Under the pieces are notes generated by a model, which was given only the letters and a program-made list of their open reading frames with translations, did not search any database and was not told the origin of the DNA. A DNA stretch of 63,210 nt from a virus (taxonomy: Duplodnaviria; Caudoviricetes), in IMG/VR virus record IMGVR_UViG_3300037502_001755, positions 1-63,210 of that record. The stretch is one strand, 5' to 3'. The position numbers and the translations under genes were made by a program. This document shows, in pieces, positions 55,343 through 63,210 of this stretch; position 1 is the first letter of the stretch, and the number at the start of each line of letters is the position of its first letter.

Positions 55343-56244
55343 GCTACTCTCGCCGACAACTCGAAGCGCTGGGGGAACCCCTTGGCGACTGCGTTACCCG
55401 CAAAGAGGGTGGCCGAATCATTTATGGTGGCGGCGGTAGTAGCAGCCCTCCCGCTACGCAGACGCAGATCTCCGATCTGCCGGACTGGGCCAAACCTACT
55501 GCCCAGAAGCTGCTGGGCAAAGCCGAAGCGTTGGTTGAAGGTTCTCCGTACCAACAATATAAGGGCGAACGTATTGCTGGGTTCTCGCCGCTGCAACAGC
55601 AGGCATTCCAAGGTGCCGCCCAGATGGATGCGGGGCCCCAAGGGTTTGCCCAGCAGGTCGGACAGTACATGTCTCCGTACATGCAGAACGTTGTCGACCG
55701 CGAAAAGATGGAGGCGTATCGCGCCTCCCAGATGTTGGGCCAGCAGCAGCAGGCCCGGGCTACGCAGGCCGGTGCGTTTGGTGGTTATCGCGAAGGAATT
55801 GAACGCGCTGAGCGTGAGCGTGGGTTGCGTTCCCAGTTGGGCGACATTCAAACCCGTGGCCTGCAATCCGCATACGACCGCGCAGCCGATCAGTTCCGTA
55901 CCGGGATTACGCAAGGGCTGGCCGTGGGCCAACAGCAATCGCAGCTTGGCGGCATGCAGCAACAGCGCGAACAGAACGTCATGTCCCAGCAGTATCAGGA
56001 CTTCCTGAACCAGCAGCGGTATCCGTACCAGCAGCTTGAGTACCTGTCCGGCATCCTACGCGGCACGCCCATGGGCACTGTTAATACTTTGTATGGCGGA
56101 CAGCCCAGCGCCGCTTCGCAACTTCTTGGCGCGGGCACGTCGTTGGCTGGCGCGTACATGCTGGGTGGCGGGAAATTTGCCGAAGGTGGCGAAGTTCAAT
56201 CACGCCCCGCCGGTCTTGCTGAACTGGCTATGACCAAGATTTGA
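55339..56244 (+). CDS. Ejection/DNA pilot protein
   Basis: Leader then GGGGSS; LPDW, YMSPY, GAFGG; Gln-rich; C-terminal FAEGG. Confidence 0.7.
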   Translation: MSYSRRQLEALGEPLGDCVTRKEGGRIIYGGGGSSSPPATQTQISDLPDWAKPTAQKLLGKAEALVEGSPYQQYKGERIAGFSPLQQQAFQGAAQMDAGPQGFAQQVGQYMSPYMQNVVDREKMEAYRASQMLGQQQQARATQAGAFGGYREGIERAERERGLRSQLGDIQTRGLQSAYDRAADQFRTGITQGLAVGQQQSQLGGMQQQREQNVMSQQYQDFLNQQRYPYQQLEYLSGILRGTPMGTVNTLYGGQPSAASQLLGAGTSLAGAYMLGGGKFAEGGEVQSRPAGLAELAMTKI

Positions 56245-56251
56245 GGACGCC

Positions 56252-57994
56252 ATGATTAACGTCGACCAGATTACCGCCCGGCTGGCCAAAATGCCCGACA
56301 CCGCGTTGCAGCAATATGCTGCAATGCACAAAAACGACCCGTACATCATGGCGCTGGCGGTGTCGGAGTCCAATCGCCGCAAGCAAGTTCGCCAAGCCGC
56401 GCAGGGTGCGCAAGGCGAGATGGAGCAGCCCAAAGTTGCCGATCAGGCGCTGGCTGAGATGGCCCCACAGGTGTTGCCGGAGGAGCAGGGGATTGCGCAG
56501 CTACCCGTGGGCGACATGGAGTTTGCCGGTGGCGGCCTCGTGGCGTTTGCTGGTGGTGGGGATGTTGAGCGGTATGCGCCGGGGGGTATGCCCCCCACAT
56601 CGGAAGAGGCTGAGCGTTTGCTTCGAGAAGCTCGTGCCCGTGCAGCGCAACGTGCAGCTATGCGGCCTGTCGGACCGCATTCGGTGTTTCCTCGTGCAGT
56701 TATGCCTGCTGCGGCGGGGCCTTTGTCTGCTGCGCTCATCCCAGCGGCGGTGCCGATTGGGCTGGCAGGGGCCTTGGTGTCTGGGATGGAGGGCATGCGG
56801 GAGGAGGGTTATCCCGTAGATACAACTGCACCGGAGTTTGCGACCGAGGCTACGCCAGAGCAAATCGCTTTTGATGCCCAGCGTGTTGCCAGAGCGCGGG
56901 CACTTGCTGCTCCTTCTGCTCCTTCTACCCCTTCCGCCCCGGCGGCTGCGGCTGCCGGGTCTATCTCACCTGAGGCCATGGCCCAAGCGCGTACGCCAAG
57001 GACGGGTGTGGAATCAACCACATCTACGTACACGCGGTCGGGCCGCCCTGCTCCCGGGGCTCCTAGCGCGCCTGCGGCTCCCGGTACTAAACCTGCTGGT
57101 GGTCCCGGTGCTGCACCTGTGGATGCTGCGGCTACTGCTGCGGCTTCCGGTATTGCCGGGCTGGATGTTGGCAGGATGACTGCTGACGCGCTTAGAGTCG
57201 CTGGACAACAGCCCAATCCGTTTGCGGCGGACGTAGAGCGGGTTGGTAAAGAAAAGGTCAAAGCGGCAGAAGAAAAAGTGAAAGGGTTGGAGGCTATCCA
57301 CAAACAGTTTTCCGACATCTTCAAAGGCCGCAAGGAGCGCTTGGACACCCGCGAAGCCGAAATTGGAAAGATGAAAGACCAGAATATTGGTCTGTCGCTG
57401 TTGCAAGCGGGTGCCACCATGATGTTCACGCCCGGCGGTGTGGGCGCGGCGTTGGGTAAAGGTGTCAAAGTTGGCACGGAGCAGTACGCAGCAGGGTTGG
57501 ACCGGTTGCGCGGTGCGCAGGAAAAACTGCTGGATGCGCGGGATCGACTGGAAGAGATTGAGAATCAACGCAGTGAGATGTCGGCTCGTGAGCTGTTTAC
57601 CGCCCGCAACGAAGTGAAAAACATCGGCATCTCTGTCAAAGAGGACTTGATCAAGTCCAACATGCAGATGTACGGCGTAAATCGCGATACCGCCATGAAG
57701 ATGGTTGAGCAACAAATTAAGCTCGGCATCTCTGTGTACGAGCAACAGCAGCAGACCAAACGCACAGGCATGTCCAACGCTGCGACCCTTGAAGCTGCAA
57801 GAATTGCCGCTGCGTCACGAGCCACTGGACGCGACTCTGAAATGGAAGAGTACACCAAATGGCTTAAAGAGAATCCGCAGTACATGGCCAACCCGCAAGC
57901 CGGTGTTCAAGCGTTCCTCAAAGCCAAGGCAGCGATCTCAGGGTTTACAAACACGACTCTCACCGATAAGCCTGCGGGTAGAGAGCGCGAGTGA
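56252..57994 (+). CDS. Ejection/internal virion protein
   Basis: FAGGGLVAFAGGG..YAPGG; Pro/Ala linker; amphipathic helices and coiled coil. Confidence 0.7.
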   Translation: MINVDQITARLAKMPDTALQQYAAMHKNDPYIMALAVSESNRRKQVRQAAQGAQGEMEQPKVADQALAEMAPQVLPEEQGIAQLPVGDMEFAGGGLVAFAGGGDVERYAPGGMPPTSEEAERLLREARARAAQRAAMRPVGPHSVFPRAVMPAAAGPLSAALIPAAVPIGLAGALVSGMEGMREEGYPVDTTAPEFATEATPEQIAFDAQRVARARALAAPSAPSTPSAPAAAAAGSISPEAMAQARTPRTGVESTTSTYTRSGRPAPGAPSAPAAPGTKPAGGPGAAPVDAAATAAASGIAGLDVGRMTADALRVAGQQPNPFAADVERVGKEKVKAAEEKVKGLEAIHKQFSDIFKGRKERLDTREAEIGKMKDQNIGLSLLQAGATMMFTPGGVGAALGKGVKVGTEQYAAGLDRLRGAQEKLLDARDRLEEIENQRSEMSARELFTARNEVKNIGISVKEDLIKSNMQMYGVNRDTAMKMVEQQIKLGISVYEQQQQTKRTGMSNAATLEAARIAAASRATGRDSEMEEYTKWLKENPQYMANPQAGVQAFLKAKAAISGFTNTTLTDKPAGRERE

Positions 57995-58019
57995 CAAATT
58001 AGAGACACGCCTCTACAAT
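57991..58019 (+). promoter_or_regulatory. Promoter GTGACA-17-TACAAT for the giant gene
   Basis: Near-consensus hexamers with 17-nt spacer. Confidence 0.65.
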
Positions 58020-58021
58020 TT

Positions 58022-58066
58022 AAGCACCGTCTGTTTTCGGCGCAGGCGGTGCTTTTTAATAGCCGA
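58022..58066 (+). terminator. Terminator-like hairpin whose loop can form a pseudoknot
   Basis: 12-bp stem 58022-33/58043-54 with a T5 run at 58053-57; loop TCGGC pairs with GCCGA at 58062-66. Confidence 0.55.
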
Positions 58067-58080
58067 CACAATTCGACGCC

Positions 58081-61000
58081 ATGGCAAAGTACCTGAACCT
58101 ACCGGATGGAACCTCTCTTCGACTCAAAGAGGGCGAAACCAAAAATCAGGCGCTTGCCAGAGCGTTTGAAAAATACCCCGAAGCGTTTGGTTTTGGTGCG
58201 GCGGCTGCGGCTCCTGCCGAGCAACCAGAGTCCGGCTTCACCCCCGCGCTGAAGTCCGGGTTTGCTGAACTAAAGTCGGGCCTTGCTGCGCTGGCCGGTA
58301 AGACCGGCGTCATGGATACGGCGGCGGCTGAAAAATACATTGCGGAGCAGGAGGCGTATCAAAAACGCACCTTCAAGCCCACCGCTACCTTTGGCGAAGC
58401 GCCGGTCACCAAGACCCTCGAACTGTTGGGTGGTTCGCTGCCGTACATGGCAGCACCCCTTGTCGTTGGTGGAGCGGCGGCCACTGCCCCGGTCTCTGCC
58501 CCTGTAGCTACGGCCCTCGGTCTTGGTGCCGCAGGCGCTGCATCGGCTACGCAGTTCACAGGTTCGAACCTACGAGCGCAAATGCGGGGTGAGGAGGGTG
58601 TTGCCCCCAGGACGCTTGCCCAGACCGAACTGGCTCCGGCGTTTGGTGCGTCCATCCCACAGGCCGCGATGGATGCGCTGAGCTTCAAGATGATGCCCGG
58701 TATCCGGCAGATTCTTACTGCTGCGGGTAAAGACGTTACTCCGGCTGCCGCCAAGAAGATTGCGGAGCAGGGCGTGCGCGAGACTGTCAAGGACTACACG
58801 CTTGCTACCGGTAAGTCGATGAGCGTCGAAGGTCTGACTGAAGTCGGACAGCAGTTTCTTGAGCGGATGCAGGCGGGTCTTGAACTCACGGACGCCAAAG
58901 CCCGGGACGAATACTTCGACAGTCTGGTTGGCGGTGTGGTTCTTGGCGGTGTGTTGTCCCCTGCAGGCCGCTACGTCGAGCGCCGAGGCGAGGCCAAGAA
59001 AGAGAAAGCGGTAGAGCTTGAGGAAGCCAAAGCGCTGGAGGCACAGCAAGCGGCGCAGCGGGAAGCAGAAGCCGCGCAGCGGCAGACCCCCGAAGGTCGG
59101 CTGGCTTTTGTGCAGGAATACGAGGCCCGGCTTGCGCGGTTCAACGAACTCAAGGCCATCAAAAAGCCCGGCAGTGACGCCAGCCCGTTGCAGCAGGCCG
59201 AGTACAGCGAGATCAAGAAAGAACGCCAAGACCTCGCCAAGCAGTTAACCAAGGACACAAAAGAGTACAAGGCCGCCAAGACGGCTGTGGCCGACCTGTT
59301 GGAGCAGCAGCGCGTAGCGGGCATGACGCCCGAGGACTACATGCTGGAGCAGATGGGGCTTGAGACGCCGGAGGCGCCCGCGCCCAGAATGCGCACGGTC
59401 ATCGACGAGTTTGGCCAGATCACTGAGGTGCCCGAGACCGCGCCTGAAGCTGAACCTGTTGGGGAAGGCGAGCAGTACCTGAACGCTCAGGTGCAGGCGG
59501 CTCGGGAGATGGGTGCACTGGATATTGCTGACATGGCGGACTTCGCCATGCAGGACCCGATCAAGGCGGCGCAGGCCGTTAAAGAAGGCGCGGGTGTTCA
59601 GGGACTGAGCCCCCAAGATAACGGCGCGTTGCTCGGTGGCATCCGGCTGCGTTTGAAAGCGCTGGAGAGACAAGCTGCCGACAGGGCCAAAGCCGAGATG
59701 GCGCAGCGCACCGAAGACCTCAAAGCGCAAAAGCCGGGCGAAGGCGCTAGTGCCGAGCAGCAACAGCTTGCAGACTTGTTTGAAGAGCAAGGCACGACCC
59801 TGCGCGAGGGCGAGCCCAACTTTGATTATCTCGATCCGGTTTTCGAGAAAGCGTTTGGTGGCGAGGAAGTCATCAAGGTCGACCCCAACGTCACCCCCGT
59901 TAAGAACGCCGCCGCTTTGCGTGCGCGGATCACCACGTTGGAGCAGGAGATTGCCAAGGCTCGGGAAGAAGCTGACGCTGCACGGCGCACCCGTAACCCG
60001 CAGGCTGTGGTTGATGCGCGCAGGAACATTGCCAGTCTGAACAATCAGATTGAGACCATGACGCAGGAGAGCGGCGTCTACATCCCCCAGATGATGACCC
60101 TGCGCCAACAGCAGCAGGCATCCCTTGCGGCGCTGGACGACATTGCTGACCAGCTTCGTAGCGGCCAGACGCTTGGCGGCCCCAATAAGGAAATGGCGGC
60201 GTCCACGGAGCAGACCCTGAAGAACCGGGCGGAGAGAGAACGCGCTGCGCTGGTTACGGCGGCTTTGCAAGAGGCGGCGCTGCATCGACGCGCCCAAGGC
60301 GCGCCCGCGTTGACCCGAGACGAAGCGCTCAAGGCGGCCATCAAACTGTCGGACACCGTCAACGACTTTATTGCCCGCGCCGCCACTAAAGCCGCGCCCG
60401 CTGAGACTGAAGAAGTAGTTGTTGAGCCCGCACAGATGCGCGCCAATAAGGTTGTGCGCGGTGCACGCACCGAGATGCGTGAGGTTACGCCTGCGCAGCA
60501 GGCCCTGAGTCTGGCAGAGCGCAAGCACTTTAATCAGCGGCTGCAAACCGTTATTGATAACCTGACCAAGGTGGAGCGCGCACCGGCCACCAAGACAGAC
60601 GAAGGTTTCCTCAAGCAGCAGTTTGCGACCACCGAGGCCAAGAAGGTTGCAGAAGCTCGGGGTGAGACGGCCACAACGGTTGGGGGAGAACTGCGCCGCC
60701 GCACGGAGTTTGTACGCGAGAAGATGTCGCGGATGAACCTGACGCCTGCCAACGTTGGCAGAAGTTGGATGGCTACCCGCAACGCGCTCAACCGCGCGGC
60801 TGACGTACTCGACAGTGGGAAACCCACGACGGCGCTGCTCGATGCCGTCGAGCCTGTGGTTGACTCCGTCCTCATGGGCCGCGAGATTTCTCAGGCCGAC
60901 CTTCGCGCTATTGCAGACGCGCTGGCAGCAGCCAAGCCCACGGCACTCGAACAGAAAGAAGCTGGCCAGAAATCGTTTGACCTTGAGTTTACGGGCCCCG

Positions 61001-63210
61001 AGGTGGAGACGCCCTATGAAGGGAAAGGGCGCGAGAAGCCTGCTGTTGCGTACAAGTTGCGCGGCATCAGCGACGAGTTTGGATACATCCGTGCTACTCC
61101 GGCTAACTTCGCCAAGTCCCCCCGCATCAAGTCGGTGTGGGACGCGCTGGAGAAAGCCCGGGCGCTACAAGCTCAGCAAGCTAAAGCGGCTGCGCAGCGC
61201 AAGGCGCGAGAGACCGCCGGGATTGCCACCATCGAGAAGCTCAAGGATCAGATCGACAACATCGAGCAGAGCACCGAGTTTTTCTGGAAGAACCAGCCTA
61301 AGTGGACTGAAGCGCAGATTGCCAAAGCGTTTGTGCAGTTCCCTGACATTGGACAGACCCCGGAAGAAAAGGCGCTTGTCCGTAAGTATTTGTCACGAAC
61401 CAAGCTGACCCCGCAGGAATCGGCGGCGGTTGACCAGATTCTGCGCGCATTTCGCGAAACGCATATGGCTGAGTATGCGGCCAAGATTAAGCAGTCTCAG
61501 ATTCTGCTTGCGCAAGGCATCCGGCTTGATGCGGTCGAGAACTCGTTGGCGGACTTCGCACAGTCCAGCAACGCCAAGTCTCGCGAAGCTGCCAAGGCTT
61601 TGGCTGCACGTATTGCGCCCCTGCAAACCGCGATCAAACAGATCAAGTCGATGCTGCGCGGCACTCCGGTGCTGACCGAGGCACAGAAACGCCTGATGCA
61701 GGCGGACGAAGCTGTGAAGAAACAGCGCGACGAGTTCCAGCGTGCGGTGGAGCAGGCGCTCATGAAGTCCCGGGCCGAGATCGAGGCCGCCCGCGCAGAA
61801 CTCCTTGACCCCCGGTTGGCTGAGATTGGCAAAGCGCTGGACGAAGCCAAGGCAACGCTGGATAAAGAGCAGGCTGAACTCGACAAAATCAAAAAACGTT
61901 TTGACGAAGTGCTGGCGCAGGAGTCGGGGCGGGATCGTGCGCAACTGGCTACGTATCAGTTGTTCCGGTACGAGGAGAAGAAGGGCATCATTGATGACCT
62001 GAAGGCCAAGATTGCAGAGCAGGAGACGGTGCTCAATAAGCTAGTCGAAGACCGCTTTGGCGAAATCGACGGCAAAACCATTACGGTTCAGGCCATGCTG
62101 GATAAGAACGTCCGCATGGAGCGCGACTACCTTGAGATGATGGAAGCGCAACTCGCCGCCTTGCGCGGAGAGAACGTCATCGACCAGCCGAACAAGTATC
62201 CGTTCGCTGCGCGGCGCGCCCAGCTTAACGTGGATGCGCAAAAGAAACAGGTACAGGCTGCCGAGAAGCGCGCCGACGACTTCAAGAAAGAATCGGCCAA
62301 GGCCAAGGAAGATATTAAGCAGCAGTGGAGTGGTCTGCGTCGGGTCAGCGGTGTTGTGCAGTCGCTGGACGAGATTCGTGAGCAGCAGCGCATGGACAAG
62401 CTGCGCGAAGAGATGATGCGCGACACGATGAACGCGGCGGAGAAAGCCAAGACCGACGCCGAGAAGCAGGCGGTCATCGACGACATCATTGAAGAGCAGA
62501 ATCAACTGGCGCTTGATATTGCCCGCTACCCGGGCCCGATGGACCGTGAAGGTCTGGTCGATTTGTTGGCCAGCAAAAAGCCCACGGATGAAGAGAAAGC
62601 GCTGTATACCATCAAGTTTGACCTGCTGCAAAAATACGGCATCCTCGATGCACAGCTTGACGTTATTAAAGAAGGCAAGCCCAAGCGCCCCCCGCGTCCT
62701 GCCACCGCGCCCAGCACGGCAGTCATGTCTGCGCAGAAACCTCTGCGTACCGGTGCTGTGCTGGAGGAATATACCCGCGAAGAAGTACGCGAAGCCAACC
62801 GTCTGGCAGGACAGATTCGCGGAACCAAAGCTGCGCCCGCGCCCAAGCCTTCGACCAAAGTTCAGCGCGGCAGTGGTGTGTTGGACGAGGACATCGGGCT
62901 GTTTGATGAGCCTGATCTTGACGGTGTGTTCCGCACAACCAACAAGGCGGGGCCCGGCCTCAAAGGCGAGACGATTGCCAAGATTGTGGCAAAACTGACG
63001 GAGGGCTGGTCGCGCATGCCCGAAGTAGTTATTGTGGCGGACGAAAAGGGGTTGCCAGCTCGTATATATGAGCAAGCGGTAGCGCAAGACAAGCTTGGAA
63101 AAATTCCCGGCTTGTACGATCCGAAGACCAAGAAGGTCTACCTGATTGCCGCCAACCTCAAGGACGATGCGGACGTGGCGCTCACGATTGCTCACGAGGT
63201 GGCAGGACAC
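58081..63210 (+). CDS. N-terminal 1710 aa of giant polyvalent virion protein (continues at base 1; ~2690 aa total)
   Basis: Missing from the ORF track because it has no stop; frame spot-checked open; MAKYLNLPDG start, hydrophobic segment, long coiled coils, GLYDP..KVYL..IAHEVAGH at the end. Confidence 0.9.
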   Translation, partial: MAKYLNLPDGTSLRLKEGETKNQALARAFEKYPEAFGFGAAAAAPAEQPESGFTPALKSGFAELKSGLAALAGKTGVMDTAAAEKYIAEQEAYQKRTFKPTATFGEAPVTKTLELLGGSLPYMAAPLVVGGAAATAPVSAPVATALGLGAAGAASATQFTGSNLRAQMRGEEGVAPRTLAQTELAPAFGASIPQAAMDALSFKMMPGIRQILTAAGKDVTPAAAKKIAEQGVRETVKDYTLATGKSMSVEGLTEVGQQFLERMQAGLELTDAKARDEYFDSLVGGVVLGGVLSPAGRYVERRGEAKKEKAVELEEAKALEAQQAAQREAEAAQRQTPEGRLAFVQEYEARLARFNELKAIKKPGSDASPLQQAEYSEIKKERQDLAKQLTKDTKEYKAAKTAVADLLEQQRVAGMTPEDYMLEQMGLETPEAPAPRMRTVIDEFGQITEVPETAPEAEPVGEGEQYLNAQVQAAREMGALDIADMADFAMQDPIKAAQAVKEGAGVQGLSPQDNGALLGGIRLRLKALERQAADRAKAEMAQRTEDLKAQKPGEGASAEQQQLADLFEEQGTTLREGEPNFDYLDPVFEKAFGGEEVIKVDPNVTPVKNAAALRARITTLEQEIAKAREEADAARRTRNPQAVVDARRNIASLNNQIETMTQESGVYIPQMMTLRQQQQASLAALDDIADQLRSGQTLGGPNKEMAASTEQTLKNRAERERAALVTAALQEAALHRRAQGAPALTRDEALKAAIKLSDTVNDFIARAATKAAPAETEEVVVEPAQMRANKVVRGARTEMREVTPAQQALSLAERKHFNQRLQTVIDNLTKVERAPATKTDEGFLKQQFATTEAKKVAEARGETATTVGGELRRRTEFVREKMSRMNLTPANVGRSWMATRNALNRAADVLDSGKPTTALLDAVEPVVDSVLMGREISQADLRAIADALAAAKPTALEQKEAGQKSFDLEFTGPEVETPYEGKGREKPAVAYKLRGISDEFGYIRATPANFAKSPRIKSVWDALEKARALQAQQAKAAAQRKARETAGIATIEKLKDQIDNIEQSTEFFWKNQPKWTEAQIAKAFVQFPDIGQTPEEKALVRKYLSRTKLTPQESAAVDQILRAFRETHMAEYAAKIKQSQILLAQGIRLDAVENSLADFAQSSNAKSREAAKALAARIAPLQTAIKQIKSMLRGTPVLTEAQKRLMQADEAVKKQRDEFQRAVEQALMKSRAEIEAARAELLDPRLAEIGKALDEAKATLDKEQAELDKIKKRFDEVLAQESGRDRAQLATYQLFRYEEKKGIIDDLKAKIAEQETVLNKLVEDRFGEIDGKTITVQAMLDKNVRMERDYLEMMEAQLAALRGENVIDQPNKYPFAARRAQLNVDAQKKQVQAAEKRADDFKKESAKAKEDIKQQWSGLRRVSGVVQSLDEIREQQRMDKLREEMMRDTMNAAEKAKTDAEKQAVIDDIIEEQNQLALDIARYPGPMDREGLVDLLASKKPTDEEKALYTIKFDLLQKYGILDAQLDVIKEGKPKRPPRPATAPSTAVMSAQKPLRTGAVLEEYTREEVREANRLAGQIRGTKAAPAPKPSTKVQRGSGVLDEDIGLFDEPDLDGVFRTTNKAGPGLKGETIAKIVAKLTEGWSRMPEVVIVADEKGLPARIYEQAVAQDKLGKIPGLYDPKTKKVYLIAANLKDDADVALTIAHEVAGH

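Larger units (their letters stand above)
1..63210. mobile_element. Complete, circularly permuted podovirus-like phage genome
   Basis: Terminase, portal, capsid, tail, lysis and replication modules are all present; a reading frame and a HExxGH motif continue from the window end into base 1; no host genes. Confidence 0.95.

Noticed and set aside
58081-63210. Giant protein as an N4- or crAss-like virion RNA polymerase reading hairpin promoters
   Set aside because: No DxDGD or single-subunit RNAP motifs seen; early genes have sigma70-like promoters

Overview
The window looks like a complete, circularly permuted tailed dsDNA phage genome (about 60% GC by eye; a freshwater betaproteobacterial host is a guess). 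It has two divergent arms that meet at a non-coding region at ~26.9-27.35 kb. The minus arm (2.9-26.9 kb) carries small early genes, a MoxR-AAA/VWA-metallopeptidase operon, VRR-NUC, a Leu762-type PolA, a Cas4-like nuclease, an HNH, a SNF2 helicase, an SSB, an HTH regulator and a DUF927 primase-helicase. The plus arm carries terminase, a P22-like portal, GroES, scaffold, capsid, a cluster of small Lys-rich proteins, podovirus tail and fibre genes, lysis genes and ejection proteins. It ends in a ~2690-aa polyvalent protein whose zincin motif is split across the window ends (58081->63210|1->2949). I saw no integrase, tRNA, CRISPR array or reverse transcriptase. The most notable unexplained signals are: (1) pseudoknotted or multibranch intergenic RNAs at 6.4, 14.3, 35.7 and 58.0 kb; (2) a recurring hydrophobic-x-x-GG peptide tag shared by small basic proteins and ejection proteins; (3) six copies of GCGGAC-N5-GTCCGC, some inside genes; (4) a 49-bp inverted repeat around a (TA)n core; (5) candidate overprinted ORFs inside polA; (6) a strict 20-aa repeat protein that may act as a fibre ruler. 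Family names come from motif recognition by eye, not from database searches.
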